DNA from: Octopus vulgaris
Lineage: Eukaryota
Length of the DNA: 64,000 nucleotides
Reading direction: 5' to 3'
NCBI GenBank assembly: GCA_951406725.2
Contig: OX597834.1
Coordinates: forward strand, 11,036,001-11,100,000
The notes beneath the pieces are model-generated. The model worked only from the letters and a program-made list of their open reading frames with translations. It had not been told where the DNA came from and did not search any database. Position numbers and translations under genes: made by a program. This document shows positions 27,888 through 42,624 of the stretch, piece by piece (position 1 is the stretch's first letter; the number at the start of each line of letters is the position of its first letter).

Positions 27888-28268
27888 CTAGCAGTATCGC
27901 CCGGCGTTGCTCAGGTTTGTAAGGGAAATAACTATAAAGCATTTTTAGAGAGTTATAGCCAAAAAATATTTTTAAAAATGGAAAAAAATGATGGTAATGT
28001 TTTTTGAGAGTAAAAAAAGGTGGAGTTGCGTCCTCTAGACAGTTTGCGGTTTGTGTTTCTGATTCTCGACCCCATGTCGAATTTTTTTTTTTTCAGAACT
28101 GGGGGAACTTTTCAAAATTTTCGCTGCGTTAGTTTTGAATTATGACATTGGGCTATGTGTGTGTCAAGTTTCATCAGAATCGGTTGAAAGCCGTGGTCAG
28201 GGTGAGGGTACAAGCAAACAGACACACAGAAACACGCACAGACAAACTGCCGTTTATATAGAGAGAGA
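27888..28268 (-). mobile_element. Non-autonomous Helitron (same 3' end, different 5' half)
   Basis: CTAGCAGTATCGCCCGGCGTTGC end shared with 25961; reverse complement starts TCTCTCTCTATATAAA. Confidence 0.7.
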
Positions 28269-28562
28269 TAAGGAACAAAACAAAGTACATAATAATCACA
28301 CATACAAACATTCGGATACTACCATTGCACACGCCCACACAAACATACATATACTCGCAAAGAGTTGCTTTCTTTTTTCACCTCTTCCTTTCTCATTCAT
28401 ATATTTTGAGGGAGAAAAAAAGACGCCACACGTGTTTCTTATTATTTCATTTATTTCTTATCATATTGATTCAATATAGAGATAACGAATTAAAAAGAAA
28501 ATTCCTTCCACGATTTCAGTTCGACGTGTATTTATGGTGTGTATATATATATATATATATAT

Positions 28563-28837
28563 ATACAATCATAATAAGGGTTTTTTGCAACAAGTTGCTT
28601 AAAACTGAAAATATTAGAAATAGCAGTCAAAGGGCTACTATTTCTATTACTAGTAATAGAAATAGTAGCCCTTTGACTGCTATTTCTAATATTTTCGGTA
28701 TGTGGTTTAAGCAACTTGTTGCAAAAAACCCTTATTATAATTATATAAATTTTTACCGAATATGGTCCTTTTCCATACCGAAATACTACTAGGTGAAATT
28801 TATGGATTTTATTAAATTAATTATATTTCACCCTTTA

Positions 28838-28842
<5 letters not shown>
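28563..28842 (+). repeat. Near-perfect 168-bp palindrome plus tail, (TA)n-flanked fold-back element
   Basis: 28571-28738 is self-complementary around CTAG at 28650-28653. Shares TTTGACTGCTATTTC..CCCTTATT..TTACC..TATGGT with 25799-25880. Confidence 0.8.
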
Positions 28843-28909
<67 letters not shown>

Positions 28910-28911
<2 letters not shown>

Positions 28912-29055
28912 GGAGTAAACACATAAATGTGAAACAAGGTGGAAGAAAGAGTACTCAAATACCAATGGTAGAGTAATATGCTTTATTTAAAGCAGCAGAA
29001 AATTCAACAAAACTTGTTACTCTGAGTTTCAATTTCCCGTTCGTCGGACAGTTTT

Positions 29056-29056
<1 letters not shown>
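28910..29056 (-). mobile_element. Short (TA)n-flanked element with hammerhead-like motif (CCGACGA core)
   Basis: Reverse complement reads CTGT-CCGACGA-ACGGGAAATT-GAAA-CTCAGAG-TA-ACAAG (29014-29051), then AATAAA. Stem II is decayed. Confidence 0.55.
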
Positions 29057-29146
<90 letters not shown>

Positions 29147-29574
29147 CATGTATGATGAAGATGTTAGTTCATCGCGAGTACGACTATTCATTTAAATGCG
29201 CTTCAAAGAAAACCAAAAAGCAAAATAACTTGTCCACTCTGTTGAATATGAGATAGACCAATTGCATGAATATACGTCATCCATCAAAGGCTGTGAAGAA
29301 TAATACGATTTCATATTGTGCTCAGGCATGTGTCATTTCAAAGATCCAATCAAATAAGGGTGTTTATCGAACAATCGGCAAACATAATGTAATCTTCAAT
29401 TAATCTTGTACATATAAACATCTACGAGTTCTGAATTCAAAATTCAACTCTTCCGAATTGACATCATAAAACGTAATTATGCCAAGCTTCGAAGTTACAC
29501 CAACAAATATTTAGTAAAATATATTTTCCTCTATACATTATTTCTGTACGTGTAAAAAGCAATATATATTAGTG

Positions 29575-29968
29575 TGGAATGGAAGCACTCCGTCGGTTAC
29601 GACGATGCGGGTTCCGGTTGATCCGAATCAACGGAACAGCCTGCTCGTGAAATTAACGTGTCAGTGGCTGAGCACTCCACAGATACGTGCATCCTTAACG
29701 TAGTTCTCGGGGATATTCAGCGTGACACAGAGAGTGACAAGGCCGGCCCCTTGAAATACAGGTACAACAGAAACAGGAAGTAAGAGTGAGAGAAAGTTGT
29801 GGTGAAAGAGTACAGCAGGGATCACCACCATCTCCTGCCGGAGCCTCGTGGAGCTTTTTTTTAGGTGTCTTCGCTCAATAAACACTCACAACGCCCGGTC
29901 TGGGAATCGAAACCGCGATCCTATGACCACGAGTTCGCTGCCCTAACCACTGGGCCATTGCGCCTCCA
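29575..29968 (-). mobile_element. tRNA-derived SINE family 3, full length
   Basis: Reverse-complement head GGAGGCGCAATGGCCCAGTGGTTAGG (A box), GGTTTCGATTCC (B box), tail GCTTCCATTCCA. Confidence 0.85.
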
Positions 29969-30443
29969 CATCATATCAGTGTATATAAATAAAAGACATA
30001 TAACAATGTCATGTGAGTCTGAGTGTGTGAGCATGTAAGTGTGTTCCTATGTGTGTGTTTACGTGCATGTGCAGGAGCATGCGTGTGAGTGAGTTAGTAT
30101 ATGTATGAGGTTTTGCATTTATGTAGATACGCGTAGAGCAGATGAATATGTAAGTATGTATCTTTATTGTCGTTAAAATGTTTCTGTCTGCTTAGGCTTT
30201 TGGAGTAAACATTTTTACGACATTATATTAAATCGGTGGATAATGCCACAGAAAGCCACTAAAAGAAAAGTTCAGTACTTATTTGTGGCAGACTATGCAA
30301 ATATTCAATTTTAATATCATCTTATAGGAGACTGATGGCCGTTTATTCTTAGATTCCTACATGTTTATTATGCAGAATGCACGCATTATATGTGTGCGAG
30401 TATATCTATTATAACCATATATGTATATATACATACACATACG

Positions 30444-30478
<35 letters not shown>

Positions 30479-30779
30479 TGCATATATATATCGTATATAT
30501 ATATATATATAAGTTATGCATATATATGTGTGTGAATATATATACTGATGTATACATATATGTATACACACACAGTTGTACACACACATATTTATGTACA
30601 TATGCATACACATGTGTATACATACATATTTATTTATTTATATTAGTATAGATATATACTTATTCATCTAAATATATATATATATTGATATATATATATA
30701 TATACGTATACATATATAATTTATGCATATATATATATATGTGTCTATCTCTCTATCAATGTATCTATCTATCTATCTA

Positions 30780-30879
<100 letters not shown>

Positions 30880-31382
30880 TATATACTGATATCTGCATAT
30901 ATGTACACACAGGAGTACACACACAAATTTATGTACATATGAATACATACATATATATGTGTGGGGGTTTGTGTGCGTGTATTTGAATTTCTAAAAAAAT
31001 ACTCACACTTTTTCCTCTGTCAATCTCTCTTTCTCATTATATATATATATATATGCAGCTAGGCATATATATTATGTGTTACTGCGCATGTGTCTGTGCG
31101 CGCGTGTGTGTATGCATATCGCGACATGAATATGTCTATATATATATATGTGCTTGTGTATGTGTCTATGTATCCACCTCTAAGTCTCTGTGTGCGTGCC
31201 CGAAGATATGTGTATGTGTAAAATAGTGTATCATTCTTGTGACAATAATTATATATTTAATGCATTCATTCATATTCGTTTGTTTTGTTTCATAAGTGAA
31301 ATTTTTAACGAAATTTTCGAAAAGTGAGACTTAAACTGAAAACTTTGGCACGCAGCAAATAACAATTTATCTATCTATCTAC

Positions 31383-31458
<76 letters not shown>

Positions 31459-31648
31459 TTATCTATCTATCTTTCGATCTATGTTGCGATCTATCTATCT
31501 ATCTATTTATTATCTATCTATCTGTCCGTCTGTCTGTCTATATATTTATCTATCGATGTATATATTACATATATATTTACATATATATATAAGCAGCTCT
31601 GAGCTGAAACAAGAAAAAATATATATTTATATATGTATATACACACAC

Positions 31649-31685
<37 letters not shown>

Positions 31686-31690
31686 TATAT

Positions 31691-31824
<134 letters not shown>

Positions 31825-32221
31825 TTATATGTATTTATGTATGTATATTTGCATACACATGCTCATTGCTTTGCATTTATACACTCATATATATTCTACA
31901 TCTCTTCATATATCTGATTGTGTTACATATTGCACTCGCTTCCTAAACTTTCCAAAAAATATTTTCTTGGCATTTATATGCGTACAGTGAAACGTATTTT
32001 GTCTTCTGAAAGCGAGTTTCACTCGTGACTAATTCCAAAGTTTCTTACAATTCCAATACCGGGGGAAATATATTTAGTACACAAATATGAAGAAAGCGAC
32101 AGCTGTTAAACTCAATACGTTTCTTTAGTTATTTTGGCGTTGAGAGCTTTACTGCGTATAACGTTCAATATTTCTAATGAAAAGACCGCTTTACGACGGA
32201 GAAATAGAGAGTAAAAAAAAA

Positions 32222-32307
<86 letters not shown>

Positions 32308-32677
32308 TATATATATATTTATATTTATATATATATATATATATAAATACTCACTCCCGAAGATAGAGAATAATGTTGAAATAGTTGCATCAGTATTCTC
32401 AGAGATTTGTGTAGCGTTATTTTCATCTGCAGTTATTGTTCATCTGAAACCAAAAATGTCAAGGAAGTGGTTATTTTAATATTTTCTCTTTATTGTATTA
32501 CAAATGAAGTGAAACAAATAAAACAAACATATTTTGGAAATCCACCAGCATATCACGAATGTGTGTGCATGTGTGTGTGTGCGAGTGTGTGTAACTGTGT
32601 ATGTGTGTGTGTTTATGTGAAAGCGTGTATATGCATACTTACATACACAATAACCTACAGAAGCATAAATACAGATA

Positions 32678-32724
<47 letters not shown>

Positions 32725-32947
32725 TTATCAGCATATATACTTACATATAAAATCAATCTGTCTAACCAACTAGCTATATATTTAGCCAGCTAGCCAGCTA
32801 TCTGTATATCTAACTTTCTATCTGTCTATCTATCTATCTATCTCTCTATCTCTCTATCTATGTATCTATCTATCTATCTATCAATCTATCTAGCTATCTA
32901 TCTCTCTATCTATCTCTCTATCTTTCTATCTATCTATCTACCTATCA

Positions 32948-33007
<60 letters not shown>

Positions 33008-33008
<1 letters not shown>

Positions 33009-33212
33009 GTTAATCCAAACAAGAAAGCACAACAAACACAACAACGCGAGGACGTGGAACAAATATAGTATTATTGGACGCTCAGGAAAGAAGGAAAGAA
33101 GGAGGGTCTAACGTTTCGAGCGGAGCTCTCGGAAACATAGGAGAAGGAAAGATCCAGAGAAGGGAAAACAGAGGGAAAAAAAAATCGCCAACGGTACACA
33201 CGCGGTCATATT
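33008..33212 (-). mobile_element. Family A element with 4-nt deletion in the hammerhead core
   Basis: GAGCTCTCGGAAAC here versus GAGCTCTTCGTCGGAAAC in other copies. Confidence 0.75.
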
Positions 33213-33380
33213 TTATTTATATATATATAAATCTGAAGCTCTTCGTCACCTTCAAGACATCTCCTTGTATTGCCCCCTGCCCTCAAAACCCACGCCTATC
33301 TACCGTGTCCTACATTATCCATCACCTCATTTCCCCATCCTATCTCCCTCCTTATCTCATTGTCCGCATTCCACGCATTT

Positions 33381-34096
<716 letters not shown>

Positions 34097-34335
34097 TACC
34101 AATTATTTCCTCTCTACCTATTATTTCCTTCCCAAAATCCACAAGCCCAACAACCCTCACCGCCCCATCGTCTCCACCGGTAACTGCTCCGCGTAATTGA
34201 TCTCTAAATACCTTGACCGTGTCCCTTCCCTAGTGGCTTCCCTATCTCCTATATCCCCGTCTCTTTAACCCTTTCTCCTTCCCTTGTGGCAGCTGTTAAC
34301 TTCTCTTCACTCCTGATATAAAAAAAAATTATATA

Positions 34336-34740
34336 GGCGCAGGAGTGACTGTGTGGTATGTAGCGTGCTAACCAACCACATGGTTCCGGGTTCAGTCCCA
34401 CGCCGTGGCATCTTGGGCAAGTGTCTTCTGCTATAGCCCCGGGCCGACCAATGCCTTGTGAGTGGATTTGGTAGACGGAAACTGAAAGAAGCCTGTCGTA
34501 TATATGTATATATATATGTGTGTGTGTGTGTTTGTGTTTGTCCCTTCCAACATCGCTTGACAACCGATGCTGGTGTGTTTACGTCCCCGTCACTTAGCGG
34601 TTCGGCAAAAGAGACCGATAGAATAAGTACTGGGCTTACAAAGAATAAGTCCAGGGGTCAATTTGCTCGACTAAAGGCGGTGCTCCAGCATGGCCGCAGT
34701 CAAATGACTGAAACAAGAAAAAGAGTAAAAGGGTAAAGAG
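34336..34740 (+). mobile_element. SINE family 1, full length
   Basis: Splits the PLE RT motif LFTxD..Y|VIxH. Confidence 0.9.
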
Positions 34741-35566
34741 TGTGATCTTACACAACAAAGGACTTCTTCCATTTAAACACTCTCTGGACCTTTGACTCAA
34801 CCGCCAACCTAACAACTCCACACTCCTTCGTCTGACCGAACTTGTTCTCTCCCTCAACTGCTTCTCTATCGCCGGGGATTTTTACGGTAATTTCTCGAGA
34901 TTAGCTATGGGAACGAGAATGGGCCACAATTATGCGAACCTATTTGTTGGGTATGTTGAGGCCCAAATATCCCCACTCCGTCGTTATATTGATCACTGTA
35001 TCCGTCTGACATCATCCTCCCGCGAAAAACCAGACGCCTTCCTCTTTTTCTTCTATAATTCCATCCTGCCCTCGAATTCTCCTGCACCATTTCCAAAACT
35101 TCCGTTGCATTTCTCGACATTTTTCTCAACAGAAAACACTCCGCTCTCACTACCTCCATCCACTACAAGCACAGCAACCAACACTCCTAGATTAATTTCT
35201 CGTCCACCTTACCCACACCAAGTTCCCTGTCGCCAATTCTCAATTCTTCCGTTTGAGCAGGCTTTGCATTGACAACAATGATTTTGAGTCTGAATCTCAA
35301 CTCATGACTCGCCAATTCATCCTTCGTAGATATCCACTCCCCACTATCCACACAGCCATTTCCAGGGCATGTTCCGTGGACCGTGCCTCTGATCTTTCTC
35401 CCAGCACCCAACCGTCTTTGCCCGTCTCTCGTTTCCTCTCACCTACCATCCCTGCCCCTCCAACGTACCATTCTCCGAGCCTTTCGGCGAATCCAGTCCG
35501 ACCACTCATCCTCGCACATCTTCTCCAACCTACCCCTTCCCTCCTTCAAAGGACCCCACAACCTAT

Positions 35567-35776
35567 ACTCTTAACTCTTTTACTCTTTTACTTGTTTCAG
35601 TCATTTGATGTCGGCCATGCTGGAGCACCGCCTTTAGTCGATAAAAATCGACCCCGGGACTTATTCTTTGTAAGCCCAGTACTTATTTTATAGCTCTCTT
35701 TTGCCGAAGCGCTAAGTGACGGGGACGTAAACACACCAGCATCGGTTGCCAAGCAATGCTAGCGGGACAAACACAG

Positions 35777-35821
<45 letters not shown>

Positions 35822-35976
35822 TACATATATACGACAGGCTTCTTTCAGTTTCCGTCTACCAAATCCACTCACAAGGCATAGCAGAAGACACTTGCCCAAG
35901 ATGCCACGCAGTGGGACTGAACCCGGAACGATGTGGTTGGTTAGCAAGCTACTTACCACACAACCACTCCTGCGCC
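35567..35976 (-). mobile_element. SINE family 1
   Basis: Reverse-complement match with a small internal deletion. Confidence 0.9.
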
Positions 35977-35994
35977 TATATCTATATCTATATA

Positions 35995-36222
35995 AATTAA
36001 GGATAACATTTATTAATTAGATTAATGAATTAACAATTTTACCAAGTAGATCGCTACGTTAAAATAAGCTTTATAGGGAAATTTATCCGCATTATTATAA
36101 TTAGGGTTCAGCTAACTGCTTCACCACATACCGAAAATTCCCTTTCTGAAAGGGAATTTTTAACTCCTATTTCTAATTTCGTTTTGTGGTGAAGCAGTTA
36201 GCTGAACCCTAATTATAATTAT
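35995..36222. repeat. Fold-back element with 34-bp inverted arms and inner hairpin
   Basis: 36095-36128 pairs with 36185-36218; inner hairpin at 36134-36160. Confidence 0.75.
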
Positions 36223-36231
36223 AGATGTATA

Positions 36232-36397
36232 TAGATAGATAAATACATACACACATACATACATACATACATACATACATACATACATACATACATACAT
36301 ACATACATACATACATACATACATACATACATACATACATACATACATACATACATACATACATACATACATACATGGATAGATAGATACATACATG

Positions 36398-36476
<79 letters not shown>
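36232..36476. repeat. (CATA)n/(GATA)n microsatellite
   Basis: Direct reading. Confidence 0.95.
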
Positions 36477-37945
36477 GTGTATATATATATGCATATATAC
36501 ATTTACCTGAGAGTGATATATCTTCACAATCGTAGATAATGGGGTATTTTCTACCGTTTCAAAATAGACTTAAATATATGTGTATATCTGTATACATGTT
36601 TGTGTGCGCGTGCATGTCTGTGTGTGTGTGTGTGTGTGTTTGTATGCGTGTACGCATTACATAATACATGATATACGCAAATGCTTGTATGTTTGTATGA
36701 GGACTTTTATGATCCAATTTTTAATTATTCTTTGCTGGATAATGATAATCCTATTATTTTCCGTCCAAAGAAACCAATCTATGGGCTTAAACTACGGTTT
36801 AGAATATCTATATTTTAGATGTAATATTAATGTCATCCTTACAAAGCGAAATCATTTCATTCCAAATGAAGTGAACCGATGACAGACATTTAAATGTCAT
36901 TGAACTCCTCTTTGTTGTAAAAATCCATTCATTCATATATTTCATTTCATATTTTCCGCCCACATTTAATGTCCATATGTAATGTTAAAACGAAAAGCTT
37001 TAATGAAATATATTAATAGATATCGATTGATTCTCATCAGTGCAATATATAGATTCTCTAGCAGGGGCCTACGTATCGTTACCTGGGTAAGACTTTGGAT
37101 TGCATCCAACAATGAGCATATGAGCATCCAGGGATTTGGAGATTGTGGAACCATCTCTGAGCCACTATTTTTCCCAGTTATACTCCGATACGGAGTACTG
37201 GAACCTATCAGGATCACAGCAATAGTTAAATAGCATGAAGTATTCTAATCCAGGGGATGTAACATGGTGGATGAGGACTTCTTCGACCAGTGAATTCTAT
37301 GGAATTAATGCCAAATAGTATTAGATGTTAATTGAGCAAACAAGCAACTGCCTATCAACGGCCTGGATCAAGCAGTTCTGTTAGCGAAGTGCAATTATCA
37401 TCTGCATTCGGTACGTGTAAACATGAGATATATCAGCAAGCCAGAGGCCGACCTGACTAAATTCCAAACCAAAGGTTCATGCCACATCATTCGATCAGGA
37501 CATCTAATTCGGATGAACTTCATGGTCTGGAAGATTATGATGGCCTATGTTGTACGAAATATAAAATATAATATACTTAAATTTAAGTAAATATTAAATC
37601 TTATAATCACGTTTTGAGTTGATGACTGTTGGTGGATGATGAAAATATCAAAATGTATTCAAGAAAACAATTCAGGTTGTTAAATTTAAGTGTATTGAAA
37701 TACCCTTAAATTCACCATACAAAGCTGACCATCGGTACCTATTGTATCGATATATTTAGATTTAAAAAATATAATTCAAATTGGTATATTTAGAAATACA
37801 AGTAAATACAACGTATTCAAGATGATCCAAAATGCGTTAGATTCGAATTGATCTAAGAAAATATCTCCAGTACGCGAACTCATACAAAAAAAGAACGTTA
37901 AGCAACAATATAATCTAAGTAAGATCATTTTCTACTCTAAAAATA

Positions 37946-38279
37946 TCTTTATATATAAAAGTCAAGTTGTGTGTCTGTCTCCTACGATTTAGATTCCTAT
38001 CGAGCCCTTCTGGGTATTAGCGCGCGTCTACGATGAGTCTACGATTTAAAAAAAAATTACCATCATTTTTCCATTTTAATGCATTTCTTTCTCTATTATA
38101 TAAGGGAAGTAACTCTCTAAAAATGTCTACGATGAGTCAACGATTTTAAGAAAAATTTACCATCATTTTTTTTCCATTTTTAATGCATTTTTTTGCTATT
38201 TTTTTGGCTATAACTCTCTAAAAATGCTTATATAGTTATTTGCCTTACAAACCCGAGCCACGCCGGGCGATACTGCTAG
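37946..38279 (+). mobile_element. Non-autonomous Helitron, internally deleted relative to 25961
   Basis: A|TC start, CTAG|T end, subterminal CCCG..CGGG hairpin. Confidence 0.75.
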
Positions 38280-38985
38280 TATAATATAAAATAAACATGA
38301 ATTTTTCGGCATGAGAATTACAAACATGGAGACTGGATGTCAGGACAATTCGTTATCTATCTATTAAATATATTAAACATATTTTGAAAATAATTATCCT
38401 TATTATATAATATATGGAAAAAAAGCGTTATAATTAAAAAAAACGAAATATGTAGATATATTTCTGAAATATATGACAATATTTCATTGTAAAATTACTA
38501 TTACACTTTAATTAAATTAATTTAGAAGTAACTATTTATTTCATTTCTTCAATGCAAAAATCACGTGTAGAATTGCCAATATTTCACGATGGTGTGTACC
38601 TAACGATGGATAAATTTAATTCATACTTACTGACTCTATCTAATAAATACCCAAAAATACCCAATACCTGTTTTAAGATTTGGAGAATGAAGAACGATGA
38701 TGATATCTAGATTTCCAAATTGTAAGATATGAACTTATGTAATAATATTTATGATCATATGCTATAGCTTTATGTTGATACTCTATATGTTTCCTTAAAC
38801 ACTGATTTTCAGGCATTTGCTTATTTCTGTTTGGTACTCAGGGACAAAACAATTCCAACTACATGTCCTATCAGCATGTGTTATGGTAGGACTATTCATT
38901 TTATTATAACAAATATTAATACTAACTAGGTGTTAACTTGCTCGTACTCTGAGAGTTGGAATTAATTTTACTGAAAGAATCGAAA

Positions 38986-39230
38986 TTTACTCTTTTACAC
39001 TTTACTCTTGCACTCTTTTGCTTTTTTCAGTCATTTGACTGTGGCCATGCTGTATCGCCGCCAGTAGTCCAGGAAATCGACCCCAGGACATTCTTTGTAA
39101 GCCTAGTACTTATTCTATCGGTCTCTTTTGCCGAACAGCTAAGTTACGGGGACATAAACACACCATCATCGGTTATCAAGCGATGTTTGGGGTCAAACAC
39201 AGACACACAAACATACATATATACACACAT
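38986..39230 (-). mobile_element. SINE family 1, 3' half
   Basis: Runs from the tail to the internal microsatellite. Confidence 0.8.
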
Positions 39231-39302
39231 ATATATATATATAGTAAATAAGTAGCTGGCTTGGTGCCTTGATTTAAATACCTAATTCAACTGAATCTTA
39301 AT

Positions 39303-39361
<59 letters not shown>

Positions 39362-39369
<8 letters not shown>

Positions 39370-39593
39370 ATTAGAGACAAAACCACTATTATGCAAATCA
39401 AACAAAGAAATTATATTAATTATATTTAATTTATATAAAATTTTTTATGTATTGGATTAAGTCTTTCTTTGTTTGATTTGCATAATAGTGGTTTTGTCTC
39501 TAATTAATATTATATTATATTTTACTATAAAATTGGATTCAATCCTAAATCTGATTTTTCCCTGTAAATTTGGATTTATTCCCTAATATTTAT

Positions 39594-39633
<40 letters not shown>

Positions 39634-39767
39634 GTCGAAGCGCGTACGCTCGAAACGTAGCGGGCTTTCTCGCTTCCCGAGCGTTAAACTAATACATCAG
39701 TTTGTTGTTTACACACTCGTCTTCGTCTTTGCTTTTTGTAAATTCACACACTATAAATATATATATA

Positions 39768-39807
<40 letters not shown>

Positions 39808-40171
39808 TTAGAGACAAAACCACTATTATGCAAATCAAACAAAGAAAGACTTAATCCAATACATAAAAATTTTATATAAATTAAATATAATTAATATATC
39901 CACTACGATCGTTTCTTGTCACTTCTATGGACATTCATCAGATGGTTTCAAGACCTTCTTTGCAAGTTTTAAACTATGAAGTAAAGTTACTTCATAGTAA
40001 AATTATATTTAATTTATATAAAATTGTTATGTATTGGATTAAGTCTTTCTTTGTTTGATTTGCATAATAGTGGTTTTGTCTCTAATTAATATTATATTAT
40101 ATTTTACTATAAAATTGGATTCAATCCTAAATCTGATTTTTCGCTGTGAATTTGGATTTATTCCCTAATAT

Positions 40172-40183
<12 letters not shown>
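39362..40183. mobile_element. Two fold-back copies of an AT-rich PLE-type terminal repeat flanking a family B relic
   Basis: 39362-39600 and 39800-40183 each begin with an inverted copy of TTTGTTTGATTTGCATAATAGTGGTTTTGTCTCTAATTA. 39635-39753 is a family B tail. Confidence 0.75.
39900..39945 (-). ncRNA. Minimal type I hammerhead ribozyme
   Basis: Reverse complement reads CCAT-CTGATGA-A-TGTC(catagaagt)GACA-A-GAAA-CGATCG-TA-GTGG, with palindromic ACGATCGT stem III and GUA triplet. Confidence 0.75.
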
Positions 40184-40225
<42 letters not shown>

Positions 40226-41187
40226 ATAAATAAGTAAAGAAACGTACACAACCTGTATGCATGCGAGCACTCGTGTTTGAGTATGTGTAATATCACGTGT
40301 ATATATTGTTTTTAACATAAATTTAAATTCTATTATATTGAACGTACCTAGGTTACAATCAAATCTGTCCCGAAACTTTACCATTCAAATATTTCCTCAT
40401 GCATTGATAGACAAGACAATTATTTCTTAACGGAATATTCTTGATCCAGTTATGGATGAGCAGATTGTCATCCATATTCAATCTAGGCATCGATAATGTA
40501 AAACAATTGATTTGGTGACCATTAACTTGATGGTTAAGAGTTCTATTCTTCACATAGTATATAAAAGTTAGTTATCAGCGAACGGCTGCCCCACTATTCT
40601 GGGAAATATTGGCTTGTATTCTCATGATATGCTGGAAGACAGAGATAAGAAGCGATTTACTAGATTCTCAATGCTTAAGAAAGGAAATAATAACTAGCAG
40701 TCGGTATTTATTCACAAATCTATTCGTAAATATATCAATTCTTTTTATTAACGTACTGAATGTCATATGCCAATAATGATTTCTATGGAAGATATTCAAT
40801 AACTAATTACTACATTGCAAAATGGTACTACTTCCAATCCATTTTGGCAAACATAAATCATTCTGATATTCTAGTGCTGTGAACAAAGGCGGTAATAACT
40901 AAATGTTATCTCAATAGCGAAGGTTTTTAGTTCACCACCTCGGATAAGAGAAGTGAACAGTTGCTTAAACATACCATTAATGGGGAATTCTCGCTAGAGA
41001 TATAAATCGTTCTGAGTGCGTGCCAGTGTCTATATTTGTGTGTATGTTTGGTCTTTTTTATTATCGAAATGGGATATTTCTGATTTATCAACCAACGATT
41101 GAAAGCAAATAAGCTTACGATTGCTCTAATACAAATTCCAGCCAACTCTACGTCACATCATTCACTAACGTCTTCAGTAGATAGACT

Positions 41188-41228
<41 letters not shown>

Positions 41229-41241
41229 ATATATATATATA

Positions 41242-41696
41242 TCTTATTTAAAATTCGTTCTGTCTGTCTGTCTGTGTGTATTCTAGGATCTCGGGCATCC
41301 TCCATCCGATTGCGCCCAAATTTGACATGTAGATACCGACGATATCAGGGCGTGTATAAATCTTGAAAAAATTACAAAAATTGATTCCAGGTGAGAATGC
41401 GATCGATAAAGCCGTTTTTGTCATGCTTTTCTCCCGTCAACCTGTACAAAACTGCACCTTCCATTTTTGTTGCTTTTGTGAATAAAACCGTTTGTGTGAA
41501 TAAAATAGTTTTTCTTTGGAATAGAAAAAAAGTCTATCTTTATTTCTTCTTTTGCTGGTGTCTCAAATATAAGTTTAATCAGTCTTTCTCAAAGGAGAAT
41601 CCTATGGAACAATCGGACAAGTTGTTTTGAGAAAATTTGGTTTAAATGTTTGACAACTCAGCACCGTTCATTGGATGGGGTGGGGGTGTTATGCTC

Positions 41697-41697
<1 letters not shown>
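41242..41697 (+). mobile_element. Probable non-autonomous Helitron of a second family
   Basis: A|TCTTATTTAAAA start, (CTGT)n near the 5' end, CCGATT..AAATTTG motif, CTCG|T end before (TA)n. Confidence 0.45.
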
Positions 41698-41739
<42 letters not shown>

Positions 41740-41984
41740 TTTGAGCTTACAGGTAGACATAACTGATATGTAAGGGGTTCTTTTCAGTAGATTTTCTTTT
41801 TCTTTTAGGAGAGGCATTTTTAAACGTTCTAAATTTTGGAATTCTAGTGTATCACTGTTTTATATCTACCAAAATCGACCTGCCAACATTTGTTTTTCCA
41901 GAATTAAATGTGCTATGTTATAGCACATTGAACACACCCTACTAGATACAGCTTTTCAGACCTTATTATTTTAGGATTAAAGTC

Positions 41985-42330
41985 GGGATGTGAAGACAAT
42001 TTGGAAACTCGCTATGCAATCATGTCTTGTGTTAAAACTTAGTCAGAATGTTACAGAAACATATGAAATGCTTCAGAATGCTTATGGGTTAACTCGTACG
42101 AGCCAAGCATCTGTTTTTAGCTAACACAGGAGGCCGGGCAAAGCAGGTCCACCGAGAAACTCACGATTATTGGATTTTACAATAGCGAGTGCATCATGAA
42201 CATCTACTTGGTTACTCCTAGCTACGTGGTTAACAAAGAACAATTTGTGGAGTTTTTACTGAGTTCATGAAAAGATTCTGTATTAAAACGCCAGTGTACC
42301 AGTCCATGATTGCATCTAGGTGACCAGCCA
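41985..42330 (+). pseudogene. Mariner transposase relic
   Basis: ETRYAIMSCVK..NVTETYEMLQNAYG..SQASVFS*HRR resembles the mariner HTH EQRxxIKFCVKLGK.ATET..MLQ.AYG. Later reads GFYNSECIMNIYLV..VVNKEQFVEFL. Confidence 0.7.
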
Positions 42331-42624
42331 GTCGACAAAGATATGGTAATAATGGAATGTTTTAGAAATTTCTGTCGATCTTTTTTGAGTAGCGTGCGTA
42401 TTGTGAAAAATTATATGATTATGGACAAGGTGTCTAATTTCGGCATATTTAGCATTAGAAATCTTTTCGTTTGCCTTTATTTATAAGTTGTATATATATA
42501 TATATATATATATATATACGTATATGCTTGTGCGGTTCATGTGCGTATGTAAGCAGATATACAGTACTAAATGAGTATATAGAAACATAGATTTTTAGAT
42601 TACCAAAATCCCGCAGACCGTCAG

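Noticed and set aside
36990-37550. Possible old LINE relic on the minus strand (also 47200-47860 and 14040-14440)
   Set aside because: Only vague motif resemblance; needs a profile search.
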